Assembly (NCBI GenBank): GCA_045636305.1
Contig: JAZTXF010000047.1
Location: 1,658 to 65,657 of the forward strand
From: Candidatus Gastranaerophilaceae bacterium
Lineage (GTDB): Bacteria > Cyanobacteriota > Vampirovibrionia > Gastranaerophilales > Gastranaerophilaceae
DNA length: 64,000 nt
Direction of reading: 5' to 3'
Shown here: positions 49,532 through 59,699 of the stretch, piece by piece
Layout: the number at the start of each line of letters is the position of its first letter
Position numbering within the stretch: position 1 is the stretch's first letter
Translations under genes and position numbers: made by a program
Notes under the pieces: generated by a model
Seen by the model: the letters and a program-made list of their open reading frames with translations, nothing else
The model's database searches: none
Told to the model about the DNA's origin: nothing

Positions 49532-50630
49532 TTATACGTTTTGCATTAAGTATGCCTCTATAAAACCGTCAAGTGAGCCATTCATTACGGCATCAATGTT
49601 TCCCACTTCGTAACCGGTTCTATGATCTTTAACCATTTTGTATGGGTGGAATACGTATGAACGAATCTGTGAACCAAAGTTTATGTCAAAATTTTCGCCT
49701 TTTAATTCTGCTAACTTTTTTTCGTGTTCAGCTTGTTTTATTGCTAATAATTTTGATGCAAGAATTTGCATTGCAGTTTCTTTGTTCTGGAGTTGTGAAC
49801 GCTGTTGTTGGCATCTTACAACAATTCCTGTTGGTTTATGTAGTATGCGTACCGCCGTTTCAACCTTATTAACATTTTGCCCGCCAGCTCCTCCGGAGCG
49901 CATTGTATCTATTTCCAAATCCTCTTGTGGAATATCTATTTTTTTTGAAAAATCTTCTATAACTGGAGATACTTCAAGTGAAGCAAAGCTTGTTTGTCTT
50001 TTGCCATTAGCGTTAAAAGGTGAAATTCGTACAAGTCTGTGAACACCTCTTTCAGCTTTAGCATATCCAAATGCATATTTTCCTGAAATTTTTATTGTAG
50101 CTGATTTTATTCCAGCTTCTTCTCCATCTGATTTTTCAAGAAGTTCTACTTTCATCTTTTTGTCTTCTGCCCAACGAATATACATTCTGAGTAGCATATT
50201 TGCCCAATCTTGGGCATCCGTTCCACCTGCGCCTGCATTAACTGTCAAAATAGCATCATTCTTATCGTATTCACCACCAAGTTTTTTTTGTATTTCTAAT
50301 TTTTCCAGTTCATTTTCAAGCGTACTCAATGTTGTTGCTGCTTCATTTTTATATTCAATAGTGTCTTCAATAGCAATGATTTCGATAAGATCTTGGACAT
50401 CCTCGCAAAGAGCTTCCCAGTGTTCAATCATTTGAATGGATTCTTTTATCGAGTTTAGTTCTTGGGATGTTTTTGCAGCAAGCTCTGGATTAGACCAAAT
50501 TTCTTCTTTTTGAAGTGTTTCGTCTAGGCTTTTTACCTGCATCTTAAGATTGGTATAGTCAAAGACACTCCTTAGCAGCTTTTATACGTGCATATATAGC
50601 ATTAAGTCTTTGTCTAAGTTCAATTAGCAC
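49532..50630 (-). CDS. prfB: Peptide chain release factor 2, requiring a programmed +1 frameshift
   Basis: Frame 0 runs from GTG at 50630 and gives [23 protein letters not shown], ending at CTT TGA C. A +1 shift continues as [16 protein letters not shown]... through SPF and GGQ motifs ([17 protein letters not shown]). Confidence 0.9.
50558..50573 (-). promoter_or_regulatory. RF2 autoregulatory +1 frameshift site
   Basis: The minus strand reads AAGGAG TGT CTT TGA C: an internal SD-like element 3 nt before the slippery CUU UGA C. Confidence 0.85.
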
Positions 50631-52192
50631 TTTTTCTTATCTCCTGCAAATTCGCTGTCTAATCTTAAAAACACTGGTGAAATTGCTTCTTTTTCAATAA
50701 TTTTGCCTAATTTCATTTCACCCCATGATAAATCATCTATTTTATAATCAATAGCTTTGCCTTCAAGGCTAAGTTGAGTCCATATTTTTTGAGAAATGTT
50801 AGGACAATAAGGCGCAAGAAGAACTGCAATAAATCGCATAGTTTCAAGAACATTGTACATAACCTTTGCACAATCTTCCATTTTTCCTTCTTTGGCAAGT
50901 GCCCAAGGCGCTGTGTCATTAACATATTTATTTGTTGTGTCTGCTAATGAAACAATAGCTTGCGCAGCCTCTGCTATTTCAAATTTGTCAAATTTTTCTT
51001 TTACTTCACAAACAGTGTTTTCTGCAGCCTCTTTTAAATCATTTGATATGAATGATTTTTCAATTATGCCATCAAAGTATTTTACAAGCATATTTAGTGT
51101 TCTATTAAGCAAGTTTCCAATATTGTTAGCAATATGTGCATTAACTTTTTCTTTAAAGTCATTGTCTGAATAATTGCCGTCTTTTCCTATTGGAGCAGCT
51201 GTTACCATAAAATATCTGAAAGCATCTGGATGTTCTAAGTTAAATTCATCCATAACGGATTTAGATGAAATTACGTTACCCAATGATTTAGACATTTTTG
51301 TTTCATCAATTGTAATCCATCCGTGCGCAAGCAGATTTTTAGGTAATTCAATGCCTAGTGCCATAAGAATAGCTATCCAGTATATAGAATGGAATTTTAA
51401 AATATCTTTTCCAATCACTTGTACATCAGCAGGCCAATATTTTTTGAATTCTTCAGATGGAGTTTCTGTGTCATATCCTAGCGCTGTTATGTAGTTTGAA
51501 AGCGCATCAATCCACACATAAATAACTTGAGTATTATCTCCTGGAACAGGGATGCCCCAAGATACAGAATCAATAGAACGAGAAACAGAGATATCTTCTA
51601 TGTTTTCTAATTGGTTTAAAACTTCTGCACGTCTAAAATCAGGGCGTATAAATTTTGTCTTATCATTTTTGATAATTTCGATGATTCTATCTTTATATTT
51701 TGTGAGCTTGAAGAAATAGTTTTCTTCTGTGATTTCTTCCGGTTTTTTCTTGTGGTCAGGGCAGCATCCGTTTTCATCCAAGTCACGAGGATTTAAGAAA
51801 CATTCACAACCTGAACAATATAATCCTGTATAAGAATGTTTGTAAATATCACCATTGTCTAACAATTTTTTAAATATTTTTTGAACAATAGTTTTATGGT
51901 TTGGATTTGTCGTTCTTATTAGTTGATTATAATCAATTTCCAATTCTTTCCAATTTTGCACGAATTTGCCAGCATTTTCATCGCACATAGCTTGTGGCGA
52001 AATTCCTTTTTCAGCTGCTGTTTTTTGTATTTTAACACCATGCTCATCTGTACCAGTTAAAAAATAAACGTCATTATTTCTTTGTTTGCGGTGACGAGCT
52101 ATAACGTCTGTTAGTATTTTTTCATATGCGTGCCCTATATGAGGTGCGCCGTTTACATAATCGATTGCTGTTGTTAAATAAAATTTTTCCAT
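50624..52192 (-). CDS. metG: Methionyl-tRNA synthetase (short form)
   Basis: HIGH motif in GAPHIGHAYE, zinc-knuckle Cys residues, and KMSKS. Confidence 0.95.
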   Translation of the reverse strand: MEKFYLTTAIDYVNGAPHIGHAYEKILTDVIARHRKQRNNDVYFLTGTDEHGVKIQKTAAEKGISPQAMCDENAGKFVQNWKELEIDYNQLIRTTNPNHKTIVQKIFKKLLDNGDIYKHSYTGLYCSGCECFLNPRDLDENGCCPDHKKKPEEITEENYFFKLTKYKDRIIEIIKNDKTKFIRPDFRRAEVLNQLENIEDISVSRSIDSVSWGIPVPGDNTQVIYVWIDALSNYITALGYDTETPSEEFKKYWPADVQVIGKDILKFHSIYWIAILMALGIELPKNLLAHGWITIDETKMSKSLGNVISSKSVMDEFNLEHPDAFRYFMVTAAPIGKDGNYSDNDFKEKVNAHIANNIGNLLNRTLNMLVKYFDGIIEKSFISNDLKEAAENTVCEVKEKFDKFEIAEAAQAIVSLADTTNKYVNDTAPWALAKEGKMEDCAKVMYNVLETMRFIAVLLAPYCPNISQKIWTQLSLEGKAIDYKIDDLSWGEMKLGKIIEKEAISPVFLRLDSEFAGDKKKC

Positions 52193-52305
52193 TGTTATTC
52201 CTTAAACTAATACATATAAAAAATTATAACAAAAAAATAACAATATTAAACTATTTGCCATGATTAAATCCTTGCTTTACAATACAGACATAGGAGGGGA
52301 ATATC

Positions 52306-54600
52306 TTGTATAAATTTGATTTTGAATTAGATGACTTTCAACAAGAGGCTGTTTTTCATATAAATAGTGGGAAAAGTGTAGTGGTTTGTGCTCCGACTGG
52401 TGCTGGAAAAACCTGTATTGCTGAGCATGCTATTCATAAGGCGTTAGAAAATAATCAAAGGATTTTTTATACAACCCCGCTTAAAGCTTTGTCAAACCAA
52501 AAGTTTGGTGACTTTTCACGTAGATATGGAGAAGATAAAGTCGGACTATTGACAGGCGATACTTCCATCAATAGAGATGGACAAATAGTTGTCATGACAA
52601 CAGAAGTTTTCAGAAATATGTTGTATGGGACAAACTTTGGTTCAATTACTGATAATTTGCGCGATGTAAAATATGTTGTGCTTGATGAAGTTCATTACAT
52701 GAATGATGAGCAGAGGGGAACTGTTTGGGAAGAGAGTATTATTTATTGCCCTACAGATATCCAAATTATCGCATTAAGTGCTACTGTTGCCAATTCACAA
52801 GCTTTGACTGATTGGATTAATACTGTACACGCAAAAACAGAATTAGTATATACAGATTTTAGGCCTGTTCCGTTGAGATATTTTTATTTCGATTCGTCTC
52901 AGCCGAATGATGTTTTGCCATTGCTAACACCAAGTGGGCAATTAAATAGAAAAATTAGGCCTGAAAAAAGGCAGTACGGAAAGAACAGACGAAAACAACC
53001 GCAGCGTTCTGTAGTTAAAGATGTTGTAAATGCACTTTACAGTAGGGGCATGTTACCTGCAATTTATTTTACCTTTTCTCGTAAAAAATGTGATGAACAA
53101 ATGGATAAATGCAGTGAACTTTATCTTGTAACGAGAAAAGAGCGTGAAAAAATAGAAGAAATTATCAATGAATATTTAATTGATAATCCATATTTGGCAA
53201 ATAATAAACATATAGAGTATTTAAAATGTGGAGTTGCTTCTCACCACGCAGGACTTTTGCCAGGTTGGAAGGTTTTGGTTGAAAAATTATTTCAAAAAGG
53301 ACTGATAAAGGTAGTTTTTGCTACAGAAACTCTTGCGGCGGGAATTAACATGCCGGCTCGCTCAACTGTTATTAGTGCAATTAGCAAAAGAACTGATAGC
53401 GGACACAGAACATTGACCCCAAGTGAATTTCTTCAGATGTCAGGACGTGCTGGGCGTCGTGGGATGGATGAAGTTGGGTATGTAACGATTGTTGGTTCTC
53501 AATTTGAAACACCTGAGGATGTCGCAGAATTAGTTTTAAGTGATGCAAACCCTCTAGAAAGTCGTTTTTCTCCGGGGTATTCCATGGTAATCAACTTATT
53601 GCAAAGGTTTACTCAAGAGCAAGCCAAGGAACTTATATTAAAGAGTTTTGGATATTTTACGTCTACTGAAAGAATGAAAGGTCTAATTAACTTACAGCTG
53701 GAAGCTCATGAAAAAATTGATGCGTATTCTCAATTTAGATGTTATTCAGGACTAAAAACAGAAGATTTACTACATTATAATAAGCTTAGAGATATTTATG
53801 TTGAACATAAAAAAATTCTTAAAACACTTAATAAACAATTAAAAAAACAAAATCAGTATTCTGCTGAGCATGAAGAATTCAGACAAAAAGTTAAGGGTAT
53901 GTGTGCAGAGATGAATGCTTGTCCTTGCAATAATTGTCGGGTATATAAGAAACACATGAAAAACATTGTTCTTATAGAACGTGAGCAAAAGAAATTAAGA
54001 GATTTAGAAAGATTAATTACTAAACAAAAAGATATTTATTGGAATAAATTTTTAGCACACAAAGGTGTTCTAGAAAAATTTGGCTATATTCAAGACAATT
54101 TCCCTAATGAAAATGGTGTTGTTGTAGCAATGTTGCGTGCTGAAAATGAATTATATTTGGCAGAAATTGTGCAAAGTGGGGTTTTGGATAATCTCACACC
54201 TGCAGAGCTTGCATCTGTAATATGTGCTGTCAACACAGAAGATTTAAGAGCTGAAATGTATGCTCAATTACCTATTAGTACTAATGTCAAGAAAGCATTA
54301 GGAAGAATTAAAGAAATTCGTCGTAAATTAGCGATTATTCAGAGAGATTATGATATTGAAGCTCCTATGTACATCAATTCTTTTTATTCTCCATTAATTG
54401 AACTATGGATATTAGAGGGTGACTGGGAAAAAGTTATCAATAATGTTGAAATGGGTGAAGGAGATGTTGTTAGGTCCTTTAAGCGCACTGTTGATGTTTT
54501 AAGGCAAATAACAATTTTGCCTAATATTAATCCGGAGTTGGCAGACAAAGCGAGAGAAGCCATTGATGCAATTATGAAAGAGCCAATTGACGTGGATTAG
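52306..54600 (+). CDS. Ski2/HelY-like DExH-box RNA helicase with C-terminal DSHCT-like region
   Basis: CAPTGAGKT, LDEVHYMND, SAT, QMSGRAGRRG. TTG start follows GGAGGGG. Confidence 0.85.
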   Translation: MYKFDFELDDFQQEAVFHINSGKSVVVCAPTGAGKTCIAEHAIHKALENNQRIFYTTPLKALSNQKFGDFSRRYGEDKVGLLTGDTSINRDGQIVVMTTEVFRNMLYGTNFGSITDNLRDVKYVVLDEVHYMNDEQRGTVWEESIIYCPTDIQIIALSATVANSQALTDWINTVHAKTELVYTDFRPVPLRYFYFDSSQPNDVLPLLTPSGQLNRKIRPEKRQYGKNRRKQPQRSVVKDVVNALYSRGMLPAIYFTFSRKKCDEQMDKCSELYLVTRKEREKIEEIINEYLIDNPYLANNKHIEYLKCGVASHHAGLLPGWKVLVEKLFQKGLIKVVFATETLAAGINMPARSTVISAISKRTDSGHRTLTPSEFLQMSGRAGRRGMDEVGYVTIVGSQFETPEDVAELVLSDANPLESRFSPGYSMVINLLQRFTQEQAKELILKSFGYFTSTERMKGLINLQLEAHEKIDAYSQFRCYSGLKTEDLLHYNKLRDIYVEHKKILKTLNKQLKKQNQYSAEHEEFRQKVKGMCAEMNACPCNNCRVYKKHMKNIVLIEREQKKLRDLERLITKQKDIYWNKFLAHKGVLEKFGYIQDNFPNENGVVVAMLRAENELYLAEIVQSGVLDNLTPAELASVICAVNTEDLRAEMYAQLPISTNVKKALGRIKEIRRKLAIIQRDYDIEAPMYINSFYSPLIELWILEGDWEKVINNVEMGEGDVVRSFKRTVDVLRQITILPNINPELADKAREAIDAIMKEPIDVD

Positions 54601-54957
54601 CTATAATGAAATATTTTTCAAATGTTCTAATTTCTGTTGAACTTGTGAGTCAATTGTTATTATGTCAATTCTATAATTTTTATATTTAATATTCGTTTGC
54701 CCTAAATAAGCAAGTGCAGATTTGTAAATTTTTTCCAGTTTTTTGGGCGTGATGGCTTCAATTGCACTGCCAAATGACGATGAGCGTCTGTATTTTACTT
54801 CTACAAAAACAAGCGTGTCTTTTTCTTGTGCTATAATATCAATTTCACCGATTCTTGAATATTTCCAATTTCTTTCAATAATTTTGTAACCTAATTTTTC
54901 AAGATACACAGCAGCTTGATGTTCACCTTTATCACCGATTTTTTTAGTTGTAAAAAT
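54601..54957 (-). CDS. yraN: YraN/UPF0102 family endonuclease-like protein, probable non-canonical (ATT) start
   Basis: GEIDIIAQEKDTLVFVEVKYR core. The conserved N-terminal KKIGDKGEHQAAVYLEKLGY lies upstream of the only canonical start (GTG at 54909). ATT at 54957 sits 7 nt after GAGGA. Confidence 0.6.
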   Translation of the reverse strand: MFTTKKIGDKGEHQAAVYLEKLGYKIIERNWKYSRIGEIDIIAQEKDTLVFVEVKYRRSSSFGSAIEAITPKKLEKIYKSALAYLGQTNIKYKNYRIDIITIDSQVQQKLEHLKNISL

Positions 54958-54976
54958 AGTTATATCCTCAAAAAAT

Positions 54977-55010
54977 CAGACAGCCGCTTAGGGCTGTCTG
55001 TTATTTTTTT
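54977..55010. terminator. Bidirectional hairpin terminator
   Basis: A6, CAGACAGCC-GCTTA-GGCTGTCTG, then TTATTTTTTT. Confidence 0.75.
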
Positions 55011-55015
55011 ATAAT

Positions 55016-55285
55016 TTATGAATTTGTTTCACCTTTTTTTTGGTCAATAAAGGTTTGAATTTTTTCCATTATTTCATCACCTTTTGCTTGGACATCGGAA
55101 ACTATCGTGTCAGCTTTTGTTTGTATTTCTTTGACTGTAGTTTGTGCTTTGTCGTATAGATCTTTTGATGTTTTCGCAATTTTTTCTCTTGTTTCTTCGC
55201 CTGATTGTGGGGCAAGTAGTATTCCGACTACTCCGCCGATAATTCCTCCCACAATAAAACCTGTTAAAAATTTCCCTGTTGACAT
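55016..55285 (-). CDS. YtxH domain protein
   Basis: GFIVGGIIGGVVGILLAPQSGEETREKI. Confidence 0.75.
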   Translation of the reverse strand: MSTGKFLTGFIVGGIIGGVVGILLAPQSGEETREKIAKTSKDLYDKAQTTVKEIQTKADTIVSDVQAKGDEIMEKIQTFIDQKKGETNS

Positions 55286-55297
55286 AATAATAACTCC

Positions 55298-55657
55298 TTA
55301 TTTCTTACTAAAAAATTTATATGCTGAAATAAACCCTTTTAAAAAACTTCCTGAAACTGATTTTAGGCCGTTTACCACTGTTCCTGTCGCACCTAACACT
55401 TTTGACAGAACGCTTTTTACATTTGTGATGGATGAATCAGCACTATCTGCAATTTTATTGACATTTATTAACACTTGATTAAGTTCTTTTATAGTTGGTT
55501 CTAATTCATTGTTTATAATTGTTGTTATTTCATCAAGGTTTTTTGTAAGTTTTAGCACATTTAGCAGTACTTTTACCAGAAATATTGATAAAACTACAAG
55601 TACAACAATTGAAGTGAAAACTAATATAATTAAACCTTGTTCTAATGTTGGTGACAT
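55298..55657 (-). CDS. DUF948-like membrane protein
   Basis: N-terminal TM helix followed by long helical repeats (LDEITTIINNELEPTIKELNQVL). Confidence 0.55.
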   Translation of the reverse strand: MSPTLEQGLIILVFTSIVVLVVLSIFLVKVLLNVLKLTKNLDEITTIINNELEPTIKELNQVLINVNKIADSADSSITNVKSVLSKVLGATGTVVNGLKSVSGSFLKGFISAYKFFSKK

Positions 55658-55665
55658 AATTTCTC

Positions 55666-55977
55666 CTAGTGAAGTTCTTCAGTTGTAGATTCTTTTTCTT
55701 TTGCTTTTTGCAAGTTCTTTGCCTTTATAGATTCGTTGAGCTTGTTGTAGTGGTTTTCCAACTTATATTTAACTAAATCTATTGATTGCAGTGCTTGTCT
55801 TTTTGCTGCTTGTATTTCCGGTGCATGTTTTTCTGCAAACTCAGTAATACATTCTTTTAATTCTTCTCTTGTTTCTTTACCAGACTTAGGTGCGTACAAA
55901 ACACCTGCAACTATACCACCAAGGATCCCACCGAGGAGTCCCATTGCGAAACTGAATGATTTATCTTTTTTTGACAT
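55666..55977 (-). CDS. YtxH domain protein
   Basis: GLLGGILGGIVAGVLYAPKSGKETREELK. Confidence 0.75.
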   Translation of the reverse strand: MSKKDKSFSFAMGLLGGILGGIVAGVLYAPKSGKETREELKECITEFAEKHAPEIQAAKRQALQSIDLVKYKLENHYNKLNESIKAKNLQKAKEKESTTEELH

Positions 55978-56056
55978 ATTGCCTCCATTACTGCTCTAGT
56001 AAGTGTAACATTTTTTTGACAAAAAATAAAGCCTCTAAATGAATTAGTTTATAAGT

Positions 56057-56767
56057 TTAATTTTCTAATCCGTTCGGAAAAAGTGTATAACCTCCGCCAT
56101 AGGTGGTTTTTATGTATTTCTTGCCTTTTGAAATTTTATCTATTTTAGTTCTAATATGGCGAATATGTACTCGTATTGTTTCTATGTCATCGTCTTCATT
56201 GTAGCCCCAAATGTCTTTGAGGATTTTACCGGAAGAAACCATGTTTCCGTAGTTTTGTACCAATAAGTTTAGAATATCAAATTCTATAGGTGTAAGTGTT
56301 GTTATATCATTTTTTATTTTAATGCTGTATGTTTCCGGTATTAATGTAATATCTCCAATATTTAAAATTTCTTTTGTTGCCAGTGATTTTGGAATAGCAT
56401 TTGTTCTTTTGAGAAGTGCTCTTACTCTTACTTTAAGTTCCTCGAGTTCAAATGGTTTTACTAAGTAGTCGTCTACCCCTATATCAAAACCTTTAACTTT
56501 ATTATTTAATTGCGATAAAGCCGTTAACATTAGAATTGGAGTTTCGCAAGTTTGAGGACATTCTCTGAGACGTTTTGCAACAGTGAAACCGTCAATCTCA
56601 GGCATCATTACATCTAAAATTATTAAGGAGGGTTGTTCTTGTTTTGCCAAGGCAAACCCTTTTGTTCCATCCAGGGCTGTAATTACTTTATAGCCCTGTA
56701 ACTCAAGATTGATTTTTACAAGTTCATTTATTGTTATATCATCATCTATTACTAAAATTTTATTCAT
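56057..56767 (-). CDS. OmpR-family response regulator (REC plus winged helix)
   Basis: ILVIDDD, LIILDVMMPEIDGF, LTAL, VKPF, and a C-terminal TTYGGGY wing. Confidence 0.9.
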   Translation of the reverse strand: MNKILVIDDDITINELVKINLELQGYKVITALDGTKGFALAKQEQPSLIILDVMMPEIDGFTVAKRLRECPQTCETPILMLTALSQLNNKVKGFDIGVDDYLVKPFELEELKVRVRALLKRTNAIPKSLATKEILNIGDITLIPETYSIKIKNDITTLTPIEFDILNLLVQNYGNMVSSGKILKDIWGYNEDDDIETIRVHIRHIRTKIDKISKGKKYIKTTYGGGYTLFPNGLEN

Positions 56768-56806
56768 AAATAAATTTTATCAAAAATAGGTTATTTTTAA
56801 AGAGTT

Positions 56807-58297
56807 TTAATTTAAATTGAATTGTTTAATTCTTGGATCTTCTATTGCATCAGGATTGTTTTTAATAAATTCTTTTAGTGCTGTGTGTGCTTCGATTATT
56901 TTCTTTTCTTCAATTAGCGCTCTTATTAAAAATTGAGCAGCTTCTATACTGTTTGGGTTTTGGTTCAAAACTCTTTTTAGTTCTTCTATTCCAAATTCTT
57001 TGTTGTGTAATTTGTATTTTAAATATCCGATTAAAGCGGCAATTTCACTTGAATTGTTAATGTTTGCACTCATCTGGGCATAATTTAGTGCGTTATTGTA
57101 ATCTCTGGCCTCAAAATAGGTGATAGCCATATTATATAATATTGGATATTTGTCAGCTTCATTTTCTGTCCTGATAAGTGCTAAATATAAATTATTCAAG
57201 CATTCTTGATAATTTTCAAGTTCATAATACGCTGATGCCAAATCTATATATCCGTTAGGAAGGTTGGGTATTTGTGTAATGTATTGTTTTGCTTGTTCTA
57301 TTTTTTTGTTGGTTCTTTCAGCTTTTCCACCTAAGATTATTGGAGCATAAATTAAATTTTGAGATTCAATATGTGAATATTTTTTATTTGTGATGTCCGG
57401 ATTTATGCTATATAGAAGTTTTATTGTATTAAAATCTTGTGCGCTAATTCCTTTAGAATGAAACCTTGCGTGAATTGATGTATCTTCAAAATATGACGGG
57501 TACATCAAATTGTTGTCGTAAAAGCTATGCCCCATTATACCTAGTGCGTGACCTATTTCGTGCATCAGAACGATATTAACTTGCTCCGGTGTAAAGCTTT
57601 CTCCTTTGTTTGTAGTTTTTGTTAATTTAATATCCATTTTCTTTAGCACATTTCCTTTTTTGATAATAGGTTCAGTCGTCGCTAAAGTATAATGACAATT
57701 ATTTTTATTGCACTTTGTTGTTTGATTGATAAACTTTAAACTGATATCTGCTTTTTCTGCTTCTGATATGAATGAAAATTTTATAAAGTTATTAGTGGCA
57801 ATTGTCCAAGAATCAAAAGCTTTCTTTGCTTGTGCCAGGTAATAGGGCGGAATTTCTTTTGATTGTTCAATATAAACTTTTAACGGAAACGTGACTGGGT
57901 TCCAATGTATAATTTTGTTGTCAAATGGTGTCTGTTGTATGTAATTTTCACCCGTATTTGTTAATATGAAATATCTGTATTTTAGAATTTTTTCATTTGC
58001 TATAGTAGCTGCAGCTCCTGCTGTTTTATTATTTGCAATTTCAAATAATTTTTTTTGTGTATCGATGCTCATCGGGGCTAATGTTAGGGCTTTTGCATAG
58101 TAATAATATGCATCTAAATTGTTTTTATCTTGTTTTATTGCTTTTTCAAAAAATGGAACTGATTGTGCATATTGTTTTCTATTGTATAAGTCCATAGCCA
58201 AATTGAAATTATTAGTAAAGCGAGAACAAGCCCCAGTGCTAAGTAGTAAAGCGCATAATAAAATTATATTTGTAATTTTGTTTGTTTTTTTTGTCAC
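56807..58297 (-). CDS. Secreted or lipid-anchored TPR protein with embedded zinc metalloprotease motif
   Basis: Signal peptide ending LSTGAC. HEIGHALGIMGH (HExxHxxGxxH). TPR-like repeats at both ends. Confidence 0.75.
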   Translation of the reverse strand: MTKKTNKITNIILLCALLLSTGACSRFTNNFNLAMDLYNRKQYAQSVPFFEKAIKQDKNNLDAYYYYAKALTLAPMSIDTQKKLFEIANNKTAGAAATIANEKILKYRYFILTNTGENYIQQTPFDNKIIHWNPVTFPLKVYIEQSKEIPPYYLAQAKKAFDSWTIATNNFIKFSFISEAEKADISLKFINQTTKCNKNNCHYTLATTEPIIKKGNVLKKMDIKLTKTTNKGESFTPEQVNIVLMHEIGHALGIMGHSFYDNNLMYPSYFEDTSIHARFHSKGISAQDFNTIKLLYSINPDITNKKYSHIESQNLIYAPIILGGKAERTNKKIEQAKQYITQIPNLPNGYIDLASAYYELENYQECLNNLYLALIRTENEADKYPILYNMAITYFEARDYNNALNYAQMSANINNSSEIAALIGYLKYKLHNKEFGIEELKRVLNQNPNSIEAAQFLIRALIEEKKIIEAHTALKEFIKNNPDAIEDPRIKQFNLN

Positions 58298-58797
58298 TCT
58301 TTTGCCAATTTTTCTATATCTAAAATTTTTGATAAAGCTTTAGCGTCACCTTTTAATTTAAAATATTCAGAAAATTTAGGTGTTGTTTTTAAATTGAATG
58401 AACGTCCGTTTTTATCTTTATGCTTGGAAATAAGACCCTTTTCAAGAAGTTCAGCAACATGTTCATAAGCGGTTGAACCTCTTAAATCTTTTAATTCTGT
58501 TTGGCGGATAGGTTCTTTAAGCGCAATTACAGACAATGTCTTTAAAACAGGTGCTTTTAATTCTACAGGACAAAGCTTTTCAACTATATCCATGTGATCA
58601 AGTTTTACTTGCAAAATATATCCGTCTGTATCGTCAATTTCAAGAGCTCCTTCTCTTGCTGAATAATCAAACATAAGCTCTAAAAGAGCTTCTTCAATGA
58701 TGTTTTCTTCTTCACCCAAAATTTCAGCAATTTCTTTAACTTCTACGGCTCTTGCAGTTATGAATAATACAGCTTCAACTCTTGCTTTTAACGACAT
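58294..58797 (-). CDS. scpB: Segregation and condensation protein B
   Basis: VEAVLFITARAVEVKEIAEIL and a second winged-helix region. Confidence 0.88.
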   Translation of the reverse strand: MSLKARVEAVLFITARAVEVKEIAEILGEEENIIEEALLELMFDYSAREGALEIDDTDGYILQVKLDHMDIVEKLCPVELKAPVLKTLSVIALKEPIRQTELKDLRGSTAYEHVAELLEKGLISKHKDKNGRSFNLKTTPKFSEYFKLKGDAKALSKILDIEKLAKE

Positions 58798-59684
58798 TAT
58801 GCACTAAGCTCCTCTGTTTTTTCTTCAGCTTCAATACCGGCTTTTGAAGGTATTGTACTTTTAACAACATATAAATCACCATAGAATTCATTTTGCATTA
58901 GGTCGTAATCTGATTCGGCAGTCAAAAAAAGTAGCGAAATGTACGCACTTATTTTATCCATTCCAAGCAGCGTTAACGTTCTCAGTTCAATTTTATCTTC
59001 GTGTTCAAAAATTCTGGATAAATTTTCTTTGAGTTTCATTACACCGTTTTCTATGTATTCATCGTGTGCAAGATTTATAATATCATCCGCACTAAGTCTT
59101 GCGTATGAGCGAACTCTTCTTTTTGCTCTTTCGTGCGCATTTTTAAGGCTACGCTTGCGTTCCATTTCTTCATAAAATTGTAACTGTCTGATAAGGTCTT
59201 TTAATGTAACAACCCTACTTCTGTTTAATTTTACACTGGTTCTGCGCTCCAAGACTTCTTCCAGTGAAACAACATTATTTGTGTTTATATATTCTTGTTC
59301 ACTTTGTCCGAATTCATCATAGTCATCTGTATAATCAAAATTTTCTTCTTCCTGTGTGTCAAAGTCACACACGTCAATACCTTCAAGAATATTTGATTTT
59401 AATTTTAATAAAATGGCTGCAAACAGCAATGTACGACCTGTCAATCTGAGATTTTGTGCTTTCATTTTAAAAAGTTGCGCAAGGTATTTGTCAGTGATAT
59501 CTACAATGTCAATATTCCAAGGGTCAACCTTTCCACTTTTAGCCATACCAACCAAAATTTCTATTCCATCAGCTTCATTGTTGTTGTGTGTCGTAGAGAT
59601 GAATTCTAAATCAGACATGCCTGAAATGTCAGTATCATTGGGCTTAAGGTTATAATATTCAGCTGTATATTGGTTTTCTGCCAT
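58797..59684 (-). CDS. scpA: Segregation and condensation protein A (kleisin)
   Basis: KVDPWNIDIVDITDKYL. Lies between smc and scpB. Confidence 0.85.
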   Translation of the reverse strand: MAENQYTAEYYNLKPNDTDISGMSDLEFISTTHNNNEADGIEILVGMAKSGKVDPWNIDIVDITDKYLAQLFKMKAQNLRLTGRTLLFAAILLKLKSNILEGIDVCDFDTQEEENFDYTDDYDEFGQSEQEYINTNNVVSLEEVLERRTSVKLNRSRVVTLKDLIRQLQFYEEMERKRSLKNAHERAKRRVRSYARLSADDIINLAHDEYIENGVMKLKENLSRIFEHEDKIELRTLTLLGMDKISAYISLLFLTAESDYDLMQNEFYGDLYVVKSTIPSKAGIEAEEKTEELSA

Positions 59685-59699
59685 TATCTCTTTCCTGCC

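Noticed and set aside
55235-55242. Isolated sigma-28 -10 octamers: GCCGATAA at 55235-55242 (+), GCCGATAA on the minus strand at 34945-34952, GCCGATAT at 7223-7230 (+), and GTCGATAA at 22771-22778 (+).
   Set aside because: None has TAAA at the required 15-nt spacing. All lie inside coding regions, mostly antisense or encoding IIGG-type peptides, and none has a downstream gene start nearby.
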